Source: Pristiophorus japonicus (lineage: Eukaryota). From it: a stretch of DNA of 64,000 bases. Position numbers and translations under genes: made by a program. Numbering within the stretch: position 1 is the stretch's first letter; every line of letters starts with the position of its first letter. Below are positions 48,973 through 60,939 of the stretch, in pieces. The notes below the pieces were generated by a model. That model did not search any database. It was not told the origin of the DNA and was given only the letters and a program-made list of their open reading frames with translations. The DNA is taken from contig NC_091983.1 in NCBI RefSeq assembly GCF_044704955.1, forward strand, positions 179,986,001 to 180,050,000, in the 5' to 3' direction.

Positions 48973-51900
48973 ACATAGAAACATAGAAAATAGGTGCAGG
49001 AGTAGGCCATTCGGCCCTTCGAACCTGCACCACCATTCAATAAGATCATGGCTGATCATTCACCTCAGTACCCCTTTCCTGCTTTCTCTCCATACCCCTT
49101 GATCCCTTTAGCTGTAAGGCTGTAAGGGCCATATCTAACTCCCTCTTGAATATATCCAACGAACTGGCATCAACAACTCTCTGCGGTAGAGAATTCCACA
49201 GGTTAACAACTCTCTGAATGAAGAAGTTTCTCCCAATTTCATTAGACTATGTACCCTGGTTCTGGACTTCCCCAACATCGGGAACATTCTTCCTGCACCT
49301 AACCTGTCCAGTCCCGTCAGAATTTTATATGTATCTATGAGATCCCCTCTCATCCTTCTAAACTCCAGTGAATATAGGCTCAGTCGATCCAGTCTCTCCT
49401 CATATGTCAGTCCTGCCATCCCAGAAATCAGTCTGGTGAACCTTCGCTGCACTCCCTCAATAACAAGAACGTCCTTCCTCAGATTAGGAGACCAAAACTG
49501 AACACAATATTCCAGCTGAGGCCTCACTAAGGCCCTGTACAACTGCAGTAAGACCTCCCTGCTCCTATACTCAAATCCCCTAGCTATGAAGGCCAACATA
49601 CCATTTGGCTTCTTCACCGCCTGCTGTACCTGTATGCCAACGTTCAATGACTGATGTACCATGACACCCAGGTCTCGTTGCACCTCCCCTTTTCCTAATC
49701 TGCCACCATTCAGATAATATTCTGCCTTCGTGTTTTTGCCCCCAAAGTGGATAACCTCACATTTATCCACATTATACTGCATCTGCCATGCGTTTGCCCA
49801 CTCGCCTAACCTGTCCAAGTCACCATGCAGCCACTTAGCGTCCTCCTCACAGCGCCACCCAGCTTAGTGTCGTCTGCAAACTTGGAGATATTAAACTCAA
49901 TTACTTCATTCAAATCATTAATGTATATTGTAAATAGCTGGCGTTCCAGCACTGAGACCTGCAGCACCCCACTAGTCACTGCCTGCCATTCTGAAAAAGA
50001 CCCGTTTATCCCGACTCTCTGTTTCCAGTCTGCCAACCAGTTCTCTATCCACATCAATACATTACCCCCAATACCATGTGCCTTAATTTTGCACACCAAT
50101 CTCTTGTGTGGGACCTTGTCAAAAGCCTTTTTAAAGTCCAAATACACCACATCCACTGGTTCTCCCTTGTCCATTCTACTAGTTACATCCTCAAAAAAGT
50201 TTAGAAGATTTGTCAAGCAAGATTTCCCTTTCATAAATCCATGCTGACTTGGACTGATCCTGTCACTGCTTTCCAAATGCGCTAATTTTTCATCCTTAAT
50301 AATTGATTCCAACATTTTTCCCACTACTGATGTCAGGTTAACCGGTCTATAATTACACGTTTTCTCTCTCCCTCCTTTTTTAAAAAGTGGTGTTACATTA
50401 GCAACCCTCCAGTCCATAGGAACTGATCCAGAGTCGTTAGACTGTTGGAAAAAGATCATCAATGCATCCACTATTTCTAGGGTCACTTCCTTAAGTACTC
50501 TGGGATGCAGACTATCAGGCCCCGGGGATTTATCGGCCTTCAATCCCATCAATTTCCCGCCTAATAAGGATTTCCTTCAATTCCTCCTTCTCACTGGACC
50601 CTCGGTTCCCTAGTATTTCCGAAGGTTATTTGTGTCTTCCTTCGTGAAGACAGAGCCAAAGTATTTGTTCAACTGGTCCGCCATTTCTTTGTTCCCCATT
50701 ATAAATTCACCTGAATCTGACTGCAAGGCACCTACGTTTGTCTTCACTAATCTTTTTCTCTTCACATATCTATAGAAGCTTTTGCAGTCAGTTTTTATGT
50801 TCCCTGCAAGCTTCCTCTCATACTCTATTTTCCCCCTCCTAATTAAACCCTTTGTCCTGCTTTGCTGAATGATAAATTTCTCCCAGTGCTCAGGTTTGCT
50901 GCTTTTTCTGGCCAATTTATATGCCTCTTCCTTGGATTTAACACTATCCTTAATTTCCCTTGTTAGCCACGGTTGAGCCACCTTCCCCGTTTTATTTTTA
51001 CTCCAGACAGGGTTGTACAATTGTTGAAGTTCATCCATGTGATCTTTAAATGTTTGCCATTACCAATCCACCGTCAACCCATTAAGTATCATTCGCCAGT
51101 CTATTCTAGCCAATTCACATCTCATACCATCGAAGTTACCTTTCCTTCAGTTCAGGACCCTAGTCTCTGAATTAACTGTGTCACTCTCCATCTTAATGAA
51201 GAATTCTACCATATTATGATCACTCTTTCCCAAGGGACCTTGCACAATAAGATTACTAATTAGTTCCTTCTCATTACACATCACCCATTCTGGGACGGCC
51301 AGCCTTCTAGTTGGTTCCTCGACATATTGGTCTAGAAAACCATCCCTAATACACTCCAGGAAATCCTCCTCCACCGCATTGCTACCAGTTTGGTTCACCC
51401 AATCATTATGTAGATTAAAGTCACCCATGATTAACTGCTGTACCTTTATTGCACACATCCCTAATTTCTTGTTTGATGCTGTCCCCAACCTCACTACTAT
51501 GGTTTGGTGGTCTGTGCACAACTCTCACTAGTGTTTTCTGCCCTTTGGTATTCTGTAGCTCAACCCATATTGATTCCATATCATCTAATATCCTTCCTTA
51601 TTATTGCATTAATTTCCTCCTTAACCAGCAACGCCACTCCACCTCCTTTTCCTTTCTGTCTATCCTTCCTGAATGTTGAATACCCTGGATGTTGAGTTTC
51701 CAGCCTTGGTCACCCTGGAGCCATGTCTCTGTGATGCCAATTACATCATATCCGTTAACAGCTATCTGCGCAGTTAGTTCGTCCACCTTATTACGAATAC
51801 TCCTTGCATTGAGGCACAGAGCCTTCAGGCTTGGCTTTTTAACACATTTTGTCCCTTTAGAATTTTGCTGTAATGTGGCTCTTTTTGCTTTTTGCCTCGT

Positions 51901-52888
51901 GTTTCTCTGCCCTCCACTTTTACTTTTCTTCTTTCTTCTGCCCCCACTCTACTTCCCTCTGTTTCCCTGCATAGGTTCCCATCCCCCTTCCATATTAGTT
52001 TAACTTCTCCCCAACAGCACTAGCAAACCCCGCCCGCCCCCCCACAGGACATTGGTTCTCGTCCTGCCCAGGTGCAGACCGTCCGGTTTATACTGGTCCC
52101 ACCTCCCCCAGAACTGGTTCCAATGTCCCAGGAATTTGAATCCTTCCCTTCTGCACCACTCCTCAAGCCACAAATTCATCTGAGCTATCCTATGATTCCT
52201 ACTCTGACTAGCACGTGGCACTGGTAGAAATCCTGAGATTACTGCCTTTGAGGTCCTACTTTTTAAATTTAGCTCCTAACTCCCTAAATTCGTCTTGTAG
52301 GACCTCATCCAGTTTTTTTTACCTATATCGTTGGTACCTATATGCACCACAACAACTGGCTGTTCACCCTCCCTCTTCTCACCCACCCACCCTCCGTCCT
52401 GCACCCGCTCAGAGACATCCTTGACCCTTGCACCAGGGAGGCAACATACCATCCTGGAGTCTCTTTTGCGGCCGCAGAAACATCTATCTATTCCCCTTAC
52501 AATCGAATCCCCTACCACTATAGCTCCCCCACTGTTTTTCCTGCCCTCCTGTGCAGCAGAGCCACCCAGTGACATGAACTTGGCTGCTGCTGCTGCTCTC
52601 CCCTGATGAGTCAACCCCCTCAACAGTACCCAAAACGGTGTATCTGTTTTGCAGGGGGATGACCGCAGGGGACCCCTTTACTACCTTCCTTGCACTGCTC
52701 TTCCTTTTGGTCACCCATCCCCTATCTGGCTGTGTACCCTTTACCTGCGGTGTGGCCAACCCACTAAAAGTGCTAGTCACGTCATGCTCTGCATCGTGGA
52801 TGCTCCAGAGTAAATCCACCTGCAGCTCCAGTGCCGCAATGCGGTCTGTCAGGTGCTGCAGGCGGATACACTTCCTGCACATGTAGTC
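48973..52888 (-). mobile_element. nearly full-length young CR1 LINE (most of ORF1, ORF2, 3' UTR) inserted in the Harbinger transposase
   Basis: ORF1 MCRKCIRLQHL...IVVGDSIVRG...HIGTNDI...DGLHL; ORF2 GITETWL, MGDFN, SDH, YLDFKKAFDKVPH, KFADDTK; (TTTCTATG)n tail at about 48973. Confidence 0.93.
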
Positions 52889-52962
52889 GTCAATTGACAG
52901 CTGTTGGTCAATTGACAGCTACTGGTAAGAAGTGTCCATCAGGGCCTCTGGGCAGCAGGTCT

Positions 52963-53121
52963 AAGAACATAAGAACATAAGAAATAGGAGCAGGAATAGG
53001 CCATATGGCCCTCGATCCTGCTCCGCCATTTAATACGATGATGGCTGATCCGAGCATGGACTCAGGTCCACTTCCCTGCCTGCTCCCCATAATCCCTTAT
53101 CGGTTATAAGAACATATTCAT
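52963..53121 (-). mobile_element. short CR1 3'-UTR insertion in the Harbinger transposase
   Basis: (TTATGTTC)n tail; TSD AGGTCT at 52957-52962 and 53122-53127. Confidence 0.85.
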
Positions 53122-53418
53122 AGGTCTTGCTCCAGCAATCCACAAATGTCTGCAGTGATCTGGTGTGATAGCTTGAGTCTCCTGAAGCACTGTTGTTCAG
53201 TCATGTTGAGGTAGCTCATCCTTTGCCTGTAGACCACGAGTTGGGGATATCGCCTTTGGCGCGTTGCAGCCCTGAGCTGATCATTGACGAGAAGGCTGTT
53301 GTGGTTGCTGCTGCAGGTGGTGGTGGGGTTCAATTTAGTCCGATTCTGAGGACAAAGGTGAGACAGTATAAGCAGCACCCATGTCTGCAGTCCTGCCACA
53401 TCCAGTCATGAATGATGG

Positions 53419-55124
53419 TGGACATTTAAACAAACGGGAGAAGGAGGCTCCATGAATATCCTCATCCTCAATGATGGCAGAGCCCAGCACGCAAGTGCAA
53501 AAGACAAGGCTGCAATGTTTGCAACAATCTTCAGCCAGAAGTGCCGAGTGGATGATCCATAATCAGCCTTCTCTCCTGAGGTCCCCACCAGCACAGAAGG
53601 CAGTCTTCAGCCAATTTGAATCACTCCACGTGATATCACAAAGCGGCTGAGCACACTGGATACAGCAAAGGTTTTGGGCCCCGACAACATCCTGGCTGTT
53701 GAGCTGAAGACTTGTGTTCCAGAACTAGCCGCGCCTCTAGTCAAGCTGTTGCAATACAGCTACAACACTGGCATCTACCCGACAATGTGGAAAACTGTCC
53801 AGGTATGTCCTGTCCACAAAAAGCAGGACAAGTCCAATCCAGCCAATTACCGCCCCATCAGTCTACTCTCAATCATCAGTAAAGTGATGGAAGGTGTTGT
53901 CGACAGTGCTATCAAGCAGCACCTACTCACCAATTGCCTGCTCACTGATGGTCAGTTTGGGTTCTGCCAGGATCACTCGGCTCCAGGCCTCATTACCGCC
54001 TTGGTCCAAACATGGACAAAAGAGCTGAATTCGAGAGGTGAGGCGAGAGTGACTGCCCTTGATATCAAGGCAACATTTGACCGAGTGTGGCATCAAGGAG
54101 TCCTAGTAAAATTGAAGTCAATGGGAATCAGGGGGAAAACTCTCCACTGGCTGGAGTCATAGCTAGCACAGAGGTAGATGGTTGTGGTTTTTGACGGTCA
54201 ATCATCTCAGCCCCAGGACATCACTGCAGGAGTTCCTCAGGGCAGTGTCCTATGCCCAACCATCTTCAGCTGCTTCATCAATTACCTTCCCTCCATCATA
54301 AAGGTGAGAAATGGGATGTTCGCTGATGAATGTACAGTGTTCAGTTCCATTTGCAACTCCTCAGAAAATGAAGCAGTCCATGCCCGCATGCAGCAAGACC
54401 TGGACGACATTCAGGCTTGGGCTAATAAGTGGCAAGTAACATTTGCCAGGCAATGACTATCTCCAACAAGCGAGAATCTAACCCCCTCCCCTTGATATTC
54501 AACGGCATTACCATCGCCGAATCCCCCACCATAAATTCCTGTGGGTCACCATTGACCAGAAATTTAACTGGATCAGCCACATAAATACTGTGGCAACAAG
54601 AGCGGGTCAGAGACTGGGTATTCTGTGGCAAGTGTCTCACCTCGTGACTCCCCAAAGCATTTCCACCATCTACAAGGCAGTCAGGAGTGTGATGGAATAC
54701 TCTCCACTTGCCTGGATGAGTGCAGCTCCAACAACACTCAAGAAGCTCGACACTGTCCAGAACAAAGCAGCCCGCTTGATTGGCACCCCATCCACCACCT
54801 TCAACATTCACTCCCTCCACCACCGTCACACCGTGGCTGCAGTGTGAACCACCTGCAAGACGCACTGCAGCAACTCGCCAAGGCTTCTTCGGCAGCACCT
54901 CCAAAACCCGTGACCTCTACCACCTAGAAGGACATGGGCAGCAGGTGCATGGGAGCACCATCACCTGCAAGTTCCCTTCCAAGTTACACACCATTCTGAC
55001 TTGGAAATGTATCGCCGTTCCTTCATCGTCGCTGGGTCAAAATCCTGGAACTCCCATCCCTAACAGCAGGATAAATGCTGGCCTTGCCAGTGACGCCCAC
55101 ATCGCAGAACGATTAAAAAAAAAA
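53419..55124 (+). mobile_element. second CR1-clade family, 5'-truncated copy
   Basis: ORFs 53674-54162 (GPDNI...NYRPISLLS...ALDIKATFDRVWHQG), 54178-54456 (FADE), 54590-54847; A-rich tail; possible TSD GATGG at 53414-53418 and 55125-55129. Confidence 0.88.
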
Positions 55125-55636
55125 GATGGCAGGTAAAGTGGAGATCAGAGGGCCAATCCCTCAATGTTGTGATACTTAGTAGCAATGGTAAGAGTGGTAC
55201 CTAAGGTTTCAGAAATTAACTGCAAACTGCAGAGACCAAAATCTGTGGACAAAATGGAGTGAGCAAGAACCTATGAGGAAAATAATGAGGTGTAATGTAA
55301 GAGTATTTATGTGCTTTTCCCAGCTCTCAATGAATGGACTTGCCAATGACCACTGAGCTTCCACCTCCCCGCCACAGGCGAGGTACCTGAGCTACGTGAA
55401 TCCCGTGCTCCTGTTGTAAAACTCAAAAGCTGACGTTAAAAATCCTTTTACGGGTCTCTCAAAAAGAAATGAATAACTTCAATGAGGTCACCTGCTCCTG
55501 CTGATTGGGTCCGTGTCGCGTCTTTAAAGTCACCCGATTTAAATGTGCAAGGTGGCAGGATCCTAACGCGCTCGCAATTTCAGGGATTTTTACTCCTCAC
55601 CTGCACTCTTGGTGTGGGACCGGATTAATTTATAAT

Positions 55637-56083
55637 TATAGAGTAGCTGTGTGCTGTGTACGTGCTCACTAACAATGGAAAAGGTTGCAGCGTAGTTGGG
55701 GCCAAAGGACAGTCACAGGGTTAAGTGCTGTCCCGACCAGATAACAGGAACATGCTGCGAAACAGTGAACAGCAGGAGGAAGGGGCATGATGTGGTAATC
55801 ACATCATGACCAAGGCGATTGCTATCTGCAATGGGCAGCTGGTTCATAACCAGCGGCCAGTCCGGAGTCGACAAACTGACCCCAGTAACAGCAGGGGGGC
55901 CAATCAGGGAATGGGAAGAGCCCACGTTCACGACTATAACTGAAGCTGTAACACGCGGTAGAGTGCGCTTTATTCTTAGTAACTGCAAGGTGTAACTGAA
56001 TGTAACTGAGCCAATAAAGTTTGCCTGGATACTACCACCGGACTCGAGTCTCGTCAACTGCTAAGAATATAAGAGACCCTACA
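55637..56083 (+). mobile_element. possible solo LTR (Gypsy-like)
   Basis: Ends TATAGAGT (degenerate TGTAGGGT) and ACCCTACA are inverted; CCAAT, TATAA and AATAAA occur in LTR order; no TSD found. Confidence 0.4.
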
Positions 56084-56648
56084 CTCGGCAATGGGAAAAT
56101 TCTGGCGTGTATTTTGTCAACACCATGCATTGTAGGCGGAAGAAGTTTTAGAGATCTGATCAGGGGCTTGCAGTTTTATTATAGTAACAGTAGCCCATTT
56201 ACAATTGGTCTACCAAATTAGCCCACAACACGAGCTCATTGCTTCTGAATTGATCAAAAATTGACATGTATATGGTCATTTTAGGAGTTAGCAACTCATA
56301 AACTACCTCCTGTAGATTAATGCAAAATAAGCATTAGATAATACTCAATGGCAAGTGAGAAAAATTAATTTCCAATGAAGACTGAACAGTGCAATTTTGC
56401 AAAACATTTTTACTGCAGACAGATAGCTTATTGCAATGAAATAAAAATATTCTTTAATGCTAAGTTTTATAAAAGTATCAGTGCGCTGGAAACTGCTGAA
56501 TTTATAGTTTGTGTGTAATTTCCCTTCCAGCTACCAGTATGTGTAATGATTGAGAGGCAGAGATATTTCATTAGGTCGTATCTTTTCCAAGTCACAAAAG
56601 GAGTAATTTGTTTCTTTACTTTTTTTAAACCCGACATTCTTGTAAATA

Positions 56649-56940
56649 CAGGTTGAACCTCCCTTATCCGGAACTCCCTTATCTGGAACCATTCCCGGTC
56701 ACCAATTGGCGCATGAGCAGAACTCCGACATGAACAAATTGAAGTCCTTCCTCGCTGCAGACTCCCGCAATCGCTGGCCTGACCCTGCGATCCACTGTTC
56801 CATGATATCTTTGCCACACTCCCAGCCCCAAGCCAGCCAGCCCCGATATCCCCTAGCTCAGTATACCTGTACCATCCAATTTAATGTGACCACCCCTCGT
56901 CTGTAAAAATCCCTTATCCGGAACAGGCCAGGTCCCGAGT
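56649..56940. mobile_element. Tigger/pogo-like (Tc1/mariner) MITE fragment
   Basis: TA|CAGGTTGAACCTCCCTTATCCGG start; TCCCTTATC(C/T)GGAAC occurs three times (56661, 56675, 56910); right end missing. Confidence 0.6.
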
Positions 56941-57199
56941 AGTAACTTTAACCCAGTTGTATGCACCTTGAGTTTTACAAACTTATTTTTAACTGGAGTG
57001 CTTTTTCACCTTTTGTTTTATTGTTGCAGTAATGTGTATGGGTAATGTGACACATGACAATGCAAGATAAATTAACTATTTTCCAAGGGTAAAAAACTTT
57101 GGCTTATGAAATGTATTGTTAACAGTACAGATGAAGTATTTTAGCTGCAATGAATTTGCTTAATGGTAATGATCATGGTTAAAGTTCAGACAAAGTCCA

Positions 57200-58312
57200 G
57201 GTTGGGGGTAATATATTAGCATGGATAGAGGATTGGCTAACAAACAGAAAATAGAGAGTAGGGATAAATGGCTCATTCTCAGGTTGGCAATCAGTAACCT
57301 GCAGAGATCAGTGCTGGGACCCCAACTATTTACAATCTATATTAATGACTTGGAGGAAGGGACCGAGTGTAACGTAGCCAAGTTTGCTGACGAGACAAAG
57401 AGGGGAGGAAAAGCAATGTCTGAGGAGGACACAAAAAATCTGCAATAGGACATAGACAGGCTAAGTGAGTGGGCAAAAATTTTGTAGATGGAGTATAATG
57501 TTGGAAAGTGTGAGGTCATGCACTTTGTCAGAAAAAAAATCAAAGAGCAAGTTATTATTTAAATGGAGAAAGATTGCAAAGTGCTGCAGTACAGCGGGAC
57601 CTGGGGATACTTGTGCATGAAACACAAAAGGATAGTATGCAGGTACAACAAGTGATCAGGAAGGCCAATGGAATTTTGGCCTTTATTGCAAAGGGGATGG
57701 AGTATAAAAGCAGGGAAGTCTTGCTACAGTTGTACAGGGTATTGGTGAGGCCACACCTGGAATACTGCGTGCAGTTTTGGTTTCCATATTTACGAAAGGA
57801 TACACTTGCTTTGAAGGCAGTTCAGAGAAGATTCACAAGGTTGATTCCGGAGATGAGGGGGGTTGATCTATGAGGAAAGGTTGAGTAGGTTGGGCCTCTA
57901 CTCATTGGAATTCAGAAGGATGAGACAGGATCTTATCGAAATATATAAGATTATGAGGGGGCTTGACAGGGTGGATGCAGAGAGGATGTTTTCACTGATA
58001 GGGAAGACTAGAACTAGAGGGCATAGTCTTAGAATGAGGGGCCGCCCATTTAAAACTGAGATGAGGAGAAATTTCTTCGCTCAGAGGGTTGTAAATCTGT
58101 GGAATTCGCTGCCTCAGAGAGCTGTGGGAGCCGGGATATTGAATAAATTTTAGACAGAAATAGACAGTTTCTTAAACGATAAGGGAATAAGGGGTTATGG
58201 AGAGCAGGCAGGGACGTGGACCCGAGTCCATGATCGGATCAGCTATGATCATATTAAATGGCGGAGCAGGCTCGAGGGGTTGTATTTCTCCTGCTCCTAT
58301 TTTTTATGTTCT
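57200..58312 (+). mobile_element. 5'-truncated CR1 LINE (TTATGTTC-tail subfamily)
   Basis: ORFs 57221-57448, 57574-57873, 57863-58153; closely similar to 18560-19780. Confidence 0.9.
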
Positions 58313-58960
58313 GAAAAGCTTTCGATCATTTTCTGCAGCACATTGCAAAGGATATCTGGTTTCAATGTTTTCAGTTTACTTAACAAGATTATTTTATAGA
58401 TATCCTATAATTAAAATGTTTGTGCTACAAATTAGGAATTCAATTTAAGATATATTATTTAAAAAATCACAAAATACGTGCAAGAAAATTAACATTCTTT
58501 CCCCAAGTTTATACCTAGGTATATGCAGATTAAGTTTATAGATCTTCAAAAAAACATGCAGAGCTCCACTGTCAAAAGCTGTTTTTAAGTTTAAGTTTAT
58601 CACAAGAAAACGACCTTTCAGGCATGTTATATTAAAGCTCATTCAGTTCAGCTGCAGTTACCATCCCAATTCCAAATCTTTCTAAACACGAATATAAGAA
58701 TTTATTATATCCTTGTTATAATTGGATTTCTGCAGTGTATTCACTCCAGTATGATCTTAAGTGGAGTGTAAGCTGTCAATTCCATATGGCCTCCAAGTGC
58801 GCTGCTTCCAGCTAAGGTGATGATGTGAAAACTGATATGTTAGCTCGAGTGCAACGTGAGAAACCAACACAATGACCTATAACTCAGTCCATACAATAAT
58901 TACCATCATTACTTCCTTCATGCTTACCTATCTGCAGGAGTCCACGGATTGAGAAATCAT

Positions 58961-59673
58961 GGCCCTGAAATTGTGACCTCTCCACGTGCGTACAATGTGC
59001 GCACGCGCCCAAAGAAGCCCTGCAAATGCTTATTCTCGGCACGTGATGTGCATGTGCACTTGCAAACTGTCAAAATGTCTTTTGACAGATCGCACGCATC
59101 CCCGGGAGAAGGACATTCATGGGCAGGTTTGCACAACTCCTGCCTAGCGAATGTCCTTTAAACTCTTATGGCCTGCTTTCACCAGTGTAAGATTTTGAAA
59201 AGAAAAATAAAATTTTATCAATAATTTTTATATTAAAAACCCTGTCCATTAAGGTAAGTTTATTTTTACCACTATTAAAACATGTTAAAAAAATTCAAAA
59301 AAATATTTTTTTGTCTAAAACAGTTAATTAAATTCAATTTCAATTAATTTTAAATATGTGAAGTGCTTTTCTTATTTATTTAAAATGTGTGTATTTTTGG
59401 GGGTATCCCCATTCATAGAAATAGTGATCTCCGTACAAATGGAGATCAGCATTGCTGAGAATGGGGATACTCCATTTTAATTGGTTGGTTGGGCCCACAT
59501 GATCCCAGGCTGCACATACGCTACTGGAATACGTGGGCCCCTACGCTGGACTGCGAATAGATGCCTCGGAGCGCAAGTCTATGTTCCTCCTGGACCACCA
59601 GGTACATTGGTTAAAAACATTTTGGTTGGAACCATCCGCCCGCAGAAAGCCTCCGACCACAATTTCTGGGCCA
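58961..59673. mobile_element. Harbinger-type MITE with AT-rich core, same family as 30245-31008
   Basis: TIRs GGCCCTGAAATTGTG and CACAATTTCTGGGCC; CAT on both flanks if 59673 is counted as terminal. Confidence 0.75.
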
Positions 59674-59919
59674 CATAGGTTTGTCGTTAAGTATTACATG
59701 TGCTGACCAGGCCACACTGACCGTACACACTAGATGCTTCCTCTTCATCTGAAAGTTTCAACACCTTTGCATAAGGTGCAGGAATGCATGGAATACTGAC
59801 AATATTTATGTACCTGTGCATACACAGTAGTTAATTTCAGAAGAATCAGCATGCCGAGGGCAAAAAGCTTATATAGTCAGCAAGGCTAAATAAACTGCAT
59901 TGAAAAGTACCAATATTAA

Positions 59920-60495
59920 GAGGTGAGGCTACACCTTGAGTATTGTGTACAGTTTTGGTCTCCTAATCTGAGGAAAGACATTCTTGCTATTGAGGGAGTG
60001 CAGCGAAGGTTCACCAGACTGATGCCCGGAATGACTGGACTGACAGATGAAGAAAGACTGGATCGACTAGGCTTATATTCAATGGAGTTTAGAAGAATGA
60101 GAGGGGATCTCATAGAAACATATAAAATTCTGACAGAATTGGACAGGTTAGATGCAGGAAGAATGTTCCCAATGTTGGGGAAGTCCAGAACCAGGGGTCA
60201 CAGTCTAAGGATGAGGGGTAAGCCATTTAGGACCGAGATGAGGAGAAACTTCTTCACTCAGAGAGTTGTGGGCATGTGGAATTCTCTACCACAGAACGTT
60301 GTTGAGGCTAGTTTGTTAGATATATTCAACAGGGAGTTAGATGTGGCCCTTATGGCTAAAGGGATCAAGGGGTATGGTGAGAAAGCAGGAATGGGGTACT
60401 GAAGTTGCATGATCAGCCATGATCACATTGAATGGTAGTGGCAGGCTCGAAGGGCTGAATGGCCTACTCCTGCACCTATTTTCGATGTTTCTATG
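59920..60495 (+). mobile_element. CR1 3' fragment (TTTCTATG-tail subfamily)
   Basis: ORF 59923-60402 is the CR1 RT C-terminus; 3' UTR ends TGTTTCTATG. Confidence 0.9.
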
Positions 60496-60939
60496 AACTG
60501 TTGTATGCAGGAAATGTGAAATATCAAAGTTACACATCCTGCATCGCCCTTAAATTCTTTGGTACTGTAAAAGAACACAGAAATGTCTCTGAAGTTTTGA
60601 AAGTTTTGTACATTTTTCATATTATATATTTTCCCTCAACAACCCCCACATAACTCATAGCAGGGTGGAGTAATGAAGGTTGTTATGATACAGTGAATTC
60701 TGCTCCTTGTATCAGAAGGTGCGTTTTAAGACATCTGTTCTGACCTCCTCCCAACAAACTGACAAATTCTCTGCCTGTTGGAAACCTGAGTGACTTCCTT
60801 TCTTACTGACTTCTGTGGCGCATCAAAATTGGAAATGTGACAAAGGTCTAAACCCTCATTGAGAATGTGATTGTGCAGCATTACAATATACTTTAATCAG
60901 ACTCCTCCTGGCAAATGAATGTGAGATAAAACAGCTTAC

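Larger units (their letters stand above)
48165..53400 (-). pseudogene. Harbinger (HARBI1-like) transposase in three pieces (53400-53122, 52962-52903, 48972-48165)
   Basis: YRQRMSYLNMTEQQCFRRLKLS; DLLPRGPDGHFLPVAV; LNFF...[10 protein letters not shown]...FPGSCHD...[16 protein letters not shown]...VIEQAI; first catalytic D reads N. Confidence 0.88.
46421..56107. mobile_element. formerly autonomous PIF/Harbinger transposon (Myb/SANT gene on +, transposase on -, convergent) with nested retroelements; right end tentative
   Basis: Left end TGT|GGCTAGAGATTTT; tentative right end AAAATTCTGGCG|TGT; both Harbinger genes are recognisable inside. Confidence 0.6.

Noticed and set aside
58900-58945. Extra ASCC3 exon suggested by a strong donor-like site (minus-strand AG|GTAAGCA near 58928)
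   Set aside because: The ASCC3 protein is already continuous from exon 61116-60940 to exon 33943-33718 (…YVAQ|NAAR…), and no ASCC3-like translation is present here.
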